A stretch of DNA of 64,000 bases, taken from assembly GCA_965249575.1 (NCBI GenBank), contig OZ252244.1:864001-928000 (forward strand). The letters run 5' to 3'. This document shows positions 20,074 to 29,476 of this stretch, piece after piece (the stretch's first letter is position 1; every line of letters starts with the position of its first letter). The DNA comes from Gemmatimonadales bacterium. Lineage in GTDB: Bacteria > Gemmatimonadota > Gemmatimonadetes > Gemmatimonadales > GWC2-71-9. Made by a program: the position numbers and the translations under genes. The notes under the pieces are model-generated. The model saw only the letters and a list, made by a program, of their open reading frames with translations. It made no database searches and was not told where the DNA came from.

Positions 20074-21920
20074 TCGCACGCACCCACCCGCCGTTGGCGC
20101 TGGCAACCGCCTTCGTGCTAGCGGGCTGTACGGGTTCGGCCGATGCGCCGTCATACACCTTCGGGATGGTGGGAGCTACCCCGGAGGCGGCATACACGAC
20201 TGGGCCGGTCCACGCTTTCCATATTCCCATGCGGGACGGCGTGAGGATCGCGCTCGACCTCGTGCTTCCGGAGGGCCTGGCCGACGGCGCGCGGATCCCC
20301 GCCGTCATGACGATGACCCGCTACTGGCGCTCCAGGGAGGGCGCTGGTCCGACCGGTCTGCAAGCGCTGTTTACCCGCCACGGCTATGCGGTGATTTCGG
20401 GCGACTCGCGGGGAACGGGCGCCTCGTTCGGCACGTGGGTTCACCCCCGGCAACGTGCCGAAGTGCTCGATTTCGGGGAGGTGATCGACTGGATCGTGGA
20501 GCAGCCTTGGTCCGACGGAACGGTAGGCGCCATCGGAACATCCTACGCGGCCAACACCGCGGATTGGACTGCCTTTACGGCCCGCCGAGCTCTCAAGGCG
20601 ATCATCCCGAGATTTCCGGACTTCGATCCATACACCGATCTCTACTTTCCGGGCGGGATCTTCCACTTGGCTTTCGGAAAGAACTGGAGCGAGAGCGTGC
20701 GCTCTCAGGACATGAACGAGAAGCGAATGGGCCCCGACGGTGTGACCCGGGGTGTGAGACCCGTTGACGACGATCCCGACGGCAGTTCGCTGCTGGCGGC
20801 AATCAAGGAGCGCGCGCCACTCCCCGGCTACTACGACGGCCTGGTACAGGTTGTCTACCGCGACGACCAGCCCGACATCTGGTACGGCACATTCGACGAT
20901 TTCGGAATCCACACGCAGCGCGACGTGGTCGAGCGGACGGGGCTGGCGATCTATACGTGGGGCGGGTGGATGGACGCAGGCACAGCGGCCGGCGTGCTCA
21001 AGCGATTTAAGACCTGGCGAAACCCCCAGCTGGCGGTCGTCGGGCCCTGGAGCCATGGCGGCCGCCATCACGCAAGCCCGTACTTGCCGACCGAGACCCC
21101 CACCGACCCCAACTCGGAGACACAGAGCCTAGAGACGGTGAGGTTCTTCAACTGGTATCTCAGGGGAATCGACACCGGCATCCCCGAACGGCTCCTCTTG
21201 TACTACACGATGGGGGAGGAGGTATGGAAATCGACCCCGACCTGGCCGCCGGTCGGCAGCAATCCCGTACGGTGGTACCTCGCGCCCGCTGGTTCCCTGG
21301 GGGACGACCCGCCGGACGCCGAGGCCGGCGCCGACGCATACACCGTCGATTACGAGGCTACGACCGGCACGGCCAATCGGTGGTACACGCAGCGGGGTGG
21401 TGGAGACGTGGTCTACCCAGACCGGGCCTCGGCCGACAAGGGTCTGCTCACCTATTCCAGCGGGCCGCTCGACCGCGACGTGGAGATCACGGGGTTTCCG
21501 ACGGTCACCCTGTACGTCTCCTCTACGGCCACCGATGGAGCATTCTTCGCCTATCTCGAGGAGGTCGACCCGAGCGGTGGAGTGACGTACTTGACGGAGG
21601 GACAGATCCGAGCGCTGCACCGGCGGATCTCCGACGCGGAGCCGCAGTACGACGTACCGGTTCCGCGTCACTCCTTTGAGCGCGCCGACGGGGCGCCGCT
21701 GGTACCCGGGGAAATCACTCGGCTGAGCTTTGGCCTGTTGCCGACCTCGGTCGTGGTCCGACGGGGTCACCGCTTGCGGCTCGCGATCGCAGGGGCGGAC
21801 AAGGACACGTTCGCCCGTATCCCGGCGTCCGGCCCACCCCCGGTCGTAACCGTGCAGAGAAACCGGCAGTACTCATCTCATATCGATCTTCCGATCGTCG
21901 AGCGCCGAGCGAGCCCATGA
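20070..21920 (+). CDS. CocE/NonD-family serine hydrolase, lipoprotein
   Basis: Lipobox LAGC; IPMRDG, DSRGTGASFG, GTSYAA nucleophile elbow, GPWSHG, C-terminal jelly-roll. Confidence 0.92.
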   Translation: MIARTHPPLALATAFVLAGCTGSADAPSYTFGMVGATPEAAYTTGPVHAFHIPMRDGVRIALDLVLPEGLADGARIPAVMTMTRYWRSREGAGPTGLQALFTRHGYAVISGDSRGTGASFGTWVHPRQRAEVLDFGEVIDWIVEQPWSDGTVGAIGTSYAANTADWTAFTARRALKAIIPRFPDFDPYTDLYFPGGIFHLAFGKNWSESVRSQDMNEKRMGPDGVTRGVRPVDDDPDGSSLLAAIKERAPLPGYYDGLVQVVYRDDQPDIWYGTFDDFGIHTQRDVVERTGLAIYTWGGWMDAGTAAGVLKRFKTWRNPQLAVVGPWSHGGRHHASPYLPTETPTDPNSETQSLETVRFFNWYLRGIDTGIPERLLLYYTMGEEVWKSTPTWPPVGSNPVRWYLAPAGSLGDDPPDAEAGADAYTVDYEATTGTANRWYTQRGGGDVVYPDRASADKGLLTYSSGPLDRDVEITGFPTVTLYVSSTATDGAFFAYLEEVDPSGGVTYLTEGQIRALHRRISDAEPQYDVPVPRHSFERADGAPLVPGEITRLSFGLLPTSVVVRRGHRLRLAIAGADKDTFARIPASGPPPVVTVQRNRQYSSHIDLPIVERRASP

Positions 21921-23755
21921 TGCCCATCTTGCGAAGCAGCGTTTTCTTGATTGCCCTCATCTCAGGCGTGAGTGGCACCGTTCGAGGCCAGTGGCCCGAG
22001 GAGCTTGGCGCCTGCCGGGTACCCAGCCGGGCCGGACACGGCACGGGCCCCATCTGGGCACTGCACATCCCCATGCGGGACGGTGCGCAGATCGCCGTCG
22101 ACGTCGCGCTCCCGACCCCACTTCCAGTTGAAGGCCGGGTACCCACCGTGCTGACGATGACCCGATACTGGCGCGCCAGGGAGAAGAGCGGTGCAAGCGC
22201 GCTCCAGAAGCTGGTCACGGCTCACGGATACGCCGTCGTCGCAGGCGACTCGCGGGGAACGGGCGCGTCCACCGGGAAGTGGCCCCATCACCGGTCACGC
22301 GAGGAGACCCTGGACTTTGGCGAGGTCGTCGACTGGATCGTGGCGCAACCGTGGTCGAACGGCATCGTCGGCGCCATCGGCACGTCGTACTCGGCTAACA
22401 CGGCCGATTGGGTCGCGCAGAACACGCGGGCGGCGGTAAAGGCCATCATCCCGAGGTTCCCCGATTTCGATCCCTATACTGATCTCTACCTGCCAGGCGG
22501 TATCTGGCACGTAGCCTTCGGCAAGAAATGGAGCGACCGGGTGAAAGCCCAGGACCTCAACGAAAAACGCACAGGCCCTGACGGCATTCCCAGAGGCGTC
22601 AAGCCCGTCGACGCCGATCGCAACGGCCTCATGCTGGAGGCGGCCATTCGGGCACGACGCGACGTCCCACCGTTCTACGACGGGTTCATTCAGCTGACAT
22701 ATCGCGATGACGTTTCGGATCTCTGGGGCCTGTCATTCAGTGATTGGAGCATTCAAAACCAGCGCGGCGCAATGGAGCGTTCGCGCGCCGCCATGTACGC
22801 CTGGGGTGGCTGGTTCGACGCGGGAACGCAGGCGGGCGTGCTGAGGCGTTTCATGACGTGGAGCAACGTGCAGCGCGCCATCATCGGTCCGTGGAGCCAC
22901 GGCGGGCGCCATCACGCTAGTCCCTACCTGCCCTCGGATACCCCTACCGAGCCCGATGCCGACACCCAGGCCATGGAGTCGGTCTGCTACTTCGATCACT
23001 ACCTCAAGGGCATCGATCACGGGATACCGGACAAGCAGCTGATTTACTATACGATCGGGGAGGAGAAGTGGAAGACGACCGACGTCTGGCCTCCGATAGG
23101 CACAACGAATCAGCGCTGGTACATGGCCGAAGGCAACGCGCTCTCCCGCACCGCACCGACGGCCACTTCTGGCGCAGATCGATACGTCGTGGACTTCGAA
23201 GCGACGACTGGGCTCACGAACCGGTGGCAGACGCAGAGCGGTGGGGGAGACGTAGTTTACCCAGATCGCACTGAGGCCGACCAGCGCCTCCTAACCTATA
23301 CGACCCCACCCCTCAACCAGGACTTGGAGGTCACCGGTTATCCAGTCGTCTCGCTCCACGTGACGTCTACAACCACCGATGGTGCATTCTTCGCCTATCT
23401 CGAGGACGTTGGCCCTTCCGGTCGCGTGACGTACCTGACGGAGGGCCACCTCCGGGCGCTGCACCGCAAGGTCTCTAGGGATCCCCCGCCTTACATCGAG
23501 CCCGTGCCCTACCACTCCTTCGGCAGGAAAGACGGTGAATCCCTGATGCCCGGAGTACCCGCGGAGCTGACCTTCGGCCTGCTGCCAATATCCGCCCTGA
23601 TCCGGCGTGGCCACCGCATCCGCATTGCCATAGCGGGCGCGGACAAAGACACCTTCGCGCGAATTCCGGCCGAGGGTCCACCACCGGTGATCGAGCTCGC
23701 GCGCGCGCGGTTACGGGCCTCTTTCGTGGACCTACCCGCAATCGAGCGGAAATGA
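21917..23755 (+). CDS. CocE/NonD-family serine hydrolase, secreted; tandem paralog
   Basis: Sec signal; IPMRDG, GTSYSA, GPWSHG; long identical blocks shared with the upstream paralog. Confidence 0.92.
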   Translation: MMPILRSSVFLIALISGVSGTVRGQWPEELGACRVPSRAGHGTGPIWALHIPMRDGAQIAVDVALPTPLPVEGRVPTVLTMTRYWRAREKSGASALQKLVTAHGYAVVAGDSRGTGASTGKWPHHRSREETLDFGEVVDWIVAQPWSNGIVGAIGTSYSANTADWVAQNTRAAVKAIIPRFPDFDPYTDLYLPGGIWHVAFGKKWSDRVKAQDLNEKRTGPDGIPRGVKPVDADRNGLMLEAAIRARRDVPPFYDGFIQLTYRDDVSDLWGLSFSDWSIQNQRGAMERSRAAMYAWGGWFDAGTQAGVLRRFMTWSNVQRAIIGPWSHGGRHHASPYLPSDTPTEPDADTQAMESVCYFDHYLKGIDHGIPDKQLIYYTIGEEKWKTTDVWPPIGTTNQRWYMAEGNALSRTAPTATSGADRYVVDFEATTGLTNRWQTQSGGGDVVYPDRTEADQRLLTYTTPPLNQDLEVTGYPVVSLHVTSTTTDGAFFAYLEDVGPSGRVTYLTEGHLRALHRKVSRDPPPYIEPVPYHSFGRKDGESLMPGVPAELTFGLLPISALIRRGHRIRIAIAGADKDTFARIPAEGPPPVIELARARLRASFVDLPAIERK

Positions 23756-23924
23756 GCATGGTCGCGCTCGGCGGACACAGAGAGCGCCCGCCGCGGCACG
23801 GCGGAACACCCCAAGACGGCGGGTCGCCCGAGTCGTAGCTCGCCCTACCTACCCCGCCTGCCCAGTACCGCTGTAAGGATCCTTCCAGAAAACTTCACGG
23901 TTGGTTCACGGGATCAGCGAAAAC

Positions 23925-23940
23925 TTGAACACAGGTTCAA
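23925..23940. promoter_or_regulatory. Inverted repeat, candidate TetR operator
   Basis: TTGAAC-ACAG-GTTCAA, 20 nt upstream of the TetR start. Confidence 0.5.
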
Positions 23941-23960
23941 TTCGGATGAGGGGCATTCCA

Positions 23961-24137
23961 ATGCCTTCCGATTCGCTGCAAGCGGCCATTTCTCCACGAG
24001 TCCAAGAGAAGCGTAGACGGCGCCGAGAGGAGATTCTCCACGCAGCATTCCGCGCCTTCCGTGACACTGGCTATCACGCCACCACGCTGGACGATATCGC
24101 CAGCCAACTCGGCATTCGAAAGACGGCGCTCTATCAC
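23961..24137 (+). pseudogene. TetR-family regulator truncated after the HTH
   Basis: RREEILHAAFRAFRDTGYHATTLDDIASQLGIRKTALYH, then similarity ends before the expected YF..K and ligand domain. Confidence 0.75.
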
Positions 24138-24750
24138 CCCCGTCCCAGGTTCCAGCGGCTGCGCACGAGATCGTCGATCTGCTTCGTGGCCACATCAACC
24201 GTGAGGATGAAGTCCTCTTCCCGACAGCGCGAGAGATCCTCGGAACTGAAGGGCTCTCCGTGTTGGCACATCGCCTGTAGCCGCATGCCGATACCCAAGG
24301 GCGATGCCTCGGGCGTGTTGGACCGGCGGTTGGAACTCTCGGCCGGGTCGGGGTTCTAAGAAACCGTACCGGCCTTCGACACCACCGGCGAGAAACCATG
24401 CCTCCTCAGGCACCATCCCGGAAACCCGCGACCCGCATCGCCGCCGCCGTTCTGCTTCTGCTGCTCGTGACGTTCATCGCCAGAGAGGCAGTTGTCGGAG
24501 GATGCGTGATTGGCCTGACGGCTCCCACAGGCTACGGGCTGACCGCGCCGACTCCGAATTAGACCGGACCGGACGCTCGACAGGTTCCCCAGCCTCGCGG
24601 TTTCAGCCGCGTACCTCCCTTGAAATTAGGCAAGGCGATCGACCTCGGGTCGCTGGCGCTTCCGATACCGATGCTACAGCTTATTGAGCGCCACGCATCG
24701 TCGGTCCCCGCACGCTTGTTCCACGAGACGAAAACACGACTGGAGGCGAG

Positions 24751-25818
24751 ATGACCAGCCTGACACGGCGCGACTTCGTTCAAGGTGCAGGGCTGTCTGC
24801 GGTTATCGGCGCGGTGTCCGGCAAGCGCGTCCTCTCGGCACGCTCCACAACCGGCACCGGCTCGACCCGGCCCGGCCCGGCCCGGCCCGGCATTTACGAA
24901 GAGCTGGGGATTCGCCCTCTCATCAACGCCGCCGGCACGTATACGGCCCTCAGCGCCTCGCTCATGCCTCGAGATGATCAGGCGGGTCCCCGAAGCCTCT
25001 GGAATGAAGAACGAGGTCATCATCCAGAGGTCGCATCGCTTCTCGTACGACCACGCCATCCGGAATGTCGGCGTGACGCTCGTGGAGGTCGAAACCGAAG
25101 AAGAGCTACGGGCGGCCGTCAACGACCGGACGGCCATGATGTTCTTCTTGAACTACCACGACCCGAAGGGCGATATCAAGCGCGCTCGATTTGCCGAGCT
25201 CGCCAAGGAGCTGGGCATTCCCAGCCTCATCGATGCCGCTGCCGATCTCCCGCCCGCCGAGAACCTCCGGGCTTTCACTGCTCTGGGATACGACATGGTT
25301 GCATTCAGTGGGGGGAGGGGTTGCGTGGGCCTCAGTGTTCCGGATTGTTGCTGGGCAGGAAGGACCTCATCGACGCCGCGTTCCTCAATGGCTCCCCACA
25401 CTCAGATTCGGTGGGCCGAATCGCCAAGGTCGGGAAGGAGGAGATCGTGGGTCTTCTGACGGCGGTCGAACTCTACGTCGAGAAAGACCATGAGGCTGAG
25501 TGGGGTGACTGGGAAGACCGGGTGCGCCACATCGGGGCGGCGGTGACCAAGATCGGCGGTGTGACCGCTGAGCGCTTCGTGCCCGAGATCGCCAATCAGG
25601 TGCCCCACCTGGCGATCACTTGGGACACCGACAGCGTGGACATTGACCGGGAATCGTTCATCCAGGCTCTCCGCGACGGCGAGCCCCGCATCGAGCCGCG
25701 GCCGGGATCATCAGACGACAATCGACTCGAGATCGGCGTCTGGATGATGCAGCCCGGCGAGCACCGCATCGTCGCAAGTCGCTGCGCAGAAATCCTGGGC
25801 GCCGCCTCACGGTCCTGA
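24751..25818 (+). pseudogene. Tat-exported SelA-like PLP enzyme (DgaE-like), with internal deletion near 24968 and frameshift near 25316
   Basis: TRRDFVQ; IYEELGIRPLINAAGTYT; LIDAAADLPP; FSGG[K]GLRGPQCSGLLLGRKDLI; GRIAKVGKEEIVG; the segment between SLMP and EMIRR is missing. Confidence 0.8.
24866..24890 (+). repeat. Perfect (CCCGG)5 simple sequence repeat
   Basis: Five tandem CCCGG units between the Tat signal and the catalytic domain. Confidence 0.9.
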
Positions 25819-25863
25819 CACCGAAGTCCTCACCCAGCGCGCCCCGCGCCGACTGAGACTCCA

Positions 25864-27234
25864 ATGAGGACGACGGAACGCCAGAGAGCGGGGCGAACGC
25901 TACTGGCGGCCGCGGTCACCTTGTCGATGCTTGCGGGATGCTCGACCGCGCCAGACGCCTACCCCACCAGACCGATTCAGCTGATCAGCCCGTGGGCCGT
26001 CGGTGGCGGTACGGACCGGCTCGCACGCCAGGTCGCCCGCTTCCTCGAAGAGGACCTGCATGTTCCGGTGGTCGTCATCAACGCTACGGGAGGGGCTGGG
26101 GTCACGGGGCACAGCCGCGGGGCCAACGCCCGACCGGACGGCTACACGCTCACAATGATGACCGTGGAGATCAACATGCTCCACTGGCGGGGCCTCACCA
26201 ACATCGGGTCGGAGGACTTTGAGCCCGTCGCGCTGATCAACCGGGACCCAGCGGCTGTATTCGTGCGAGCGGACGACACGCGATTCCGGAACTTCGAGGA
26301 GGTCCTCACAAGCGCGCGCGGCGATTCGGACGAACTCACGGCCTCCGGCGCCGCGTCCGGAGGCATTTGGCATCTCGCGCTAGCCGGAGCACTGAACGCA
26401 GCGGGCATGCTCCCGGATCAGATTCGCTGGATCCCGACGAACGGCGCTGCTCCGGCGCTTCAAGAGCTGATCAGCGGCGGCATCGACCTAGTGGTCTGCA
26501 GCGTCCCTGAGGCCCGATCCTTCCTGGTAGCCGGCAGGGTGCGGAGCCTTGGGCTGATGGCGAGCGAACGCCTGGCGGAGCACCCGTCGATCCCAACCCT
26601 GATTGAGGGAGGTCTCGACTGGACTATGGGAAGTTGGCGGGGCCTCGGACTGCCAAACAGCACCGCGGCGGCGCGGCTGGACCGTCTCGCGAACGCTATC
26701 GCCAGGATCGTGGCCGGAGAAGTATCAGTCAACGACACCCGGTTCCCGGACGTCCTGTCCAACGAAGGGTTCACCCTCCAGTTCGAGGACCCTCAACAGT
26801 TCCGCACCTCGCTCACCCGGAGCGATTCCGAGCTCGGGGCGTTGCTCACGAGCCCGGCCTTCTCGTCGCTTCACACGGGGCCGTTCGACGCCATGGGGTT
26901 CCCGAAGCTGATCATCGGAGCGCTCTGCGTAGCCCTCCTGGTCCTGGCGGTGGGGCGCTCCGGGGGGCGGGCGCCATCCACGGCGACGGTGCCCGCCCGA
27001 GCCGAATTGGTCCCGGCCGCGGAAGTCGTCTTCGCCGTGGCGATCTACGCGTTGCTCGCCGAAGTCATCGGTTTCGTCATTCTCGGAATCGTGATTCTTG
27101 CGGTGCTCCTCCGCCGGACGGGGAATCGCTGGGTGCCGAGTCTAGCAGTTTCGGGATTACTGGTGCCGACGGTCTATACGGTGTTCTCCACGCTCCTTCG
27201 GGTACCGCTTCCCCGCGGGGTGTTCGGTTGGTGA
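25864..27234 (+). CDS. tctC: Tripartite tricarboxylate transporter TctC-TctB fusion
   Basis: Lipobox LAGC; YPTRPIQLISPWAVGGGTD, ARPDGYTL; C-terminal TM segments with GP..FP and VFSTLLRVPLPRG. Confidence 0.85.
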   Translation: MRTTERQRAGRTLLAAAVTLSMLAGCSTAPDAYPTRPIQLISPWAVGGGTDRLARQVARFLEEDLHVPVVVINATGGAGVTGHSRGANARPDGYTLTMMTVEINMLHWRGLTNIGSEDFEPVALINRDPAAVFVRADDTRFRNFEEVLTSARGDSDELTASGAASGGIWHLALAGALNAAGMLPDQIRWIPTNGAAPALQELISGGIDLVVCSVPEARSFLVAGRVRSLGLMASERLAEHPSIPTLIEGGLDWTMGSWRGLGLPNSTAAARLDRLANAIARIVAGEVSVNDTRFPDVLSNEGFTLQFEDPQQFRTSLTRSDSELGALLTSPAFSSLHTGPFDAMGFPKLIIGALCVALLVLAVGRSGGRAPSTATVPARAELVPAAEVVFAVAIYALLAEVIGFVILGIVILAVLLRRTGNRWVPSLAVSGLLVPTVYTVFSTLLRVPLPRGVFGW

Positions 27235-27240
27235 GCCGAT

Positions 27241-28776
27241 TTGACTGAGCCTCTGTGGACGGCCTTGCGGACAGCGGTAGAGTGGCCCTCACTCGCCATC
27301 GTCTTCGCGGCCGCCATGTATGGCCTCGTCATCGGAGCGATCCCCGGTCTCACGGCGACCATGGCCGTCGCGCTGCTCATTCCAGTCACGTTCTTTCTCA
27401 ATGATCTGCACGCCATCGCCGCTATCGTCACGCTCGAAGCGTGCGCGATCTTCGCGGGCGACATCCCAGCGATGCTAGTCCGTATTCCCGGCACGCCGTC
27501 ATCGGCAGCCTACACCGATGAGGCGTATCAGTTCACGCTGCGGGGTGAACCGGAGCGCCCCTTGGCGGTTTCACTGGTGTTCAGCGTCGTTGGTGGACTG
27601 TTCGGTGCTGCGCTGCTCATGACGGCAGCACCGCGGCTGGCGTCGATCGCCGTCTCCTTCACCAGCTACGAGTACTTCTGGCTCACGGTGCTCGGTCTGA
27701 GCTCCGCCGCGATCATCTCCAGAGGATCGATGGCCCAGGGCAGTGTGGCGCTTCTCACCGGCCTGCTCTTGTCGACCATTGGCCTCGGCGCGGTCCATAG
27801 CACGCCTCGTTTCACGTTTGGGCGGGACGAGCTGATCGCGGGGGTCAGCTTCATCCCCGCGATGATCGGTCTGTTCGGTCTCTCCGAGGTGCTCCGGAAC
27901 GTGATTCGGATCCGCCATGCACCCTCAGGGAACGGAAACGAACGATCTCGCGACCAGTCGTCGAGGCCGCGTCCTCCTGGCCCCACCGCCTATCGATCGG
28001 CCTTGACCCTCCTGTGGCGGCGCAAGTGGCACGTCTTTCGATCCAGCACCCTCGGTTCGGTGATCGGTCTCCTGCCAGGTGCCGGCGCGGACATCGCGGC
28101 CTGGATATCCCTGGCGGTATCCAAGCGCCTCTCGCGCACCCGCCCCGATGGGCCGGCATCGGCACTCGACGGCATTGGTGACGCCACGAACGCGAACAAC
28201 TCGGCCCTGGCGGGCGCATGGATTCCCACCCTCGTCTTCGGCATCCCGGGAGACTCTGTCACCGCCATCCTCATCGGCGTGCTATTGATAAAGAACATCA
28301 CGCCCGGACCGGAGATCTTCGTCAACGAAGCGCAGAGTGTCCTGGTATACGGAATCTACGTAACGTTCGTGCTGGCGAACCTGATGCTCATAACGCTGGG
28401 CTGGCTCGCGATTCGGTTCGGCGTCTATCTAGTTCGTATCCGCAAACAGATCTTGATGCCGGCGATTCTCCTGTTCTGCGTGGTGGGTGCCTATGCCATC
28501 AACGCCAGCTACTTCGACGTCTGGGTCATGCTGGCGATGGGACTCTTGGGGTTCGCATTCGAAGCCGGCCGGATCCCCTTGGGGCCGGTCGTCCTGGGGA
28601 TCATTTTGGGAGGGAAGCTGGAAGAAACGTTCGTACAGAGCCTCACCAAGTCATCATCGATGATCGATTTCTTCACCCGTCCCGTTTCCGCCGTCCTCGG
28701 CGCGTTGACCGTTCTCCTTTGGGTCGGCCCGCCGATCGTGTCCGCATGGCGGCGGCGCGACATCACCGTCTCGTGA
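27241..28776 (+). CDS. tctA: Tripartite tricarboxylate transporter permease TctA
   Basis: GAIPGLTATMAVALL, RIPGTPSSA, GLLPGAGA, PTLVFGIPGD, PVVLGIILG. Confidence 0.93.
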   Translation: MTEPLWTALRTAVEWPSLAIVFAAAMYGLVIGAIPGLTATMAVALLIPVTFFLNDLHAIAAIVTLEACAIFAGDIPAMLVRIPGTPSSAAYTDEAYQFTLRGEPERPLAVSLVFSVVGGLFGAALLMTAAPRLASIAVSFTSYEYFWLTVLGLSSAAIISRGSMAQGSVALLTGLLLSTIGLGAVHSTPRFTFGRDELIAGVSFIPAMIGLFGLSEVLRNVIRIRHAPSGNGNERSRDQSSRPRPPGPTAYRSALTLLWRRKWHVFRSSTLGSVIGLLPGAGADIAAWISLAVSKRLSRTRPDGPASALDGIGDATNANNSALAGAWIPTLVFGIPGDSVTAILIGVLLIKNITPGPEIFVNEAQSVLVYGIYVTFVLANLMLITLGWLAIRFGVYLVRIRKQILMPAILLFCVVGAYAINASYFDVWVMLAMGLLGFAFEAGRIPLGPVVLGIILGGKLEETFVQSLTKSSSMIDFFTRPVSAVLGALTVLLWVGPPIVSAWRRRDITVS

Positions 28777-28878
28777 ATTCTAGGCGGGCTGTCGCGCTCG
28801 AAGCGACGTGTGAATCGCATCGGCCCCTAACGCCGAAGCGCGTCCGAACGCAAGCCATTTGCCAACTGGGAGGAACCA

Positions 28879-29466
28879 ATGACAGTACGAGCACGAGCGC
28901 TGCGGTTCGTGATACACTTGCCGACGCTGATTCTTCTTCCGGTAGCGGCTGCTTGCGTCACCGAGAACGGCCGCACCGAATCCACCAGCACCCAGGCCGG
29001 ACCAAGTCCTGAACAGCGTCTGGAGGAATTGGGAATCGAGTTACAGGAACCCACGGCACCGGTGGCCAACTACGTGAACGCGGTACGAACAGGTAATCTC
29101 GTCTTCCTCGCGGGGCACGGCCCGGCGAAGCCGGACGGCGGTTTCGTCACCGGGAAGGTGGGCCGCGACCTCGGTGTCGAGGAAGCGAAAGAAGCCGCGC
29201 GCCTCACGGCGATCAGCCTGCTCTCATCGCTCAAGGCCGAGATTGGCGACCTCGACAAGGTGACACGCATCGTCAAGGTCTTCGGTATGGTCAACGCAGA
29301 TCCGGCGTTCGCGCAACACCCGCAGGTCATCAATGGCTGCTCCGACCTCCTCGTAGAAGTGTTCGGTGATCGCGGCCGCCACGCTCGCGCCGCGGTCGGG
29401 ATGGGAACGCTGCCGTTTAATATTGCCGTCGAAATCGAAATGGTCGTTGAGGTCGCGGGTTCGTGA
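28879..29466 (+). CDS. RidA/YjgF-family protein with N-terminal lipoprotein-like signal
   Basis: PVANYV, GHGP, VINGCSDL, HARAAVG (catalytic Arg), VEIE; leader ILLPVAAAC. Confidence 0.9.
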   Translation: MTVRARALRFVIHLPTLILLPVAAACVTENGRTESTSTQAGPSPEQRLEELGIELQEPTAPVANYVNAVRTGNLVFLAGHGPAKPDGGFVTGKVGRDLGVEEAKEAARLTAISLLSSLKAEIGDLDKVTRIVKVFGMVNADPAFAQHPQVINGCSDLLVEVFGDRGRHARAAVGMGTLPFNIAVEIEMVVEVAGS

Positions 29467-29476
29467 GCGTGCCGAG

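Noticed and set aside
24398..24562. Double-glycine RiPP precursor (EAVVGG then C...)
   Set aside because: The leader is a hydrophobic TM-like stretch, and no modifying enzyme or peptidase-containing ABC transporter is nearby.
24751..25818. True selenocysteine synthase SelA
   Set aside because: It has a Tat signal, there is no selB, selC or selD in the window, and the catabolic neighbours fit the SelA-like lyase group.
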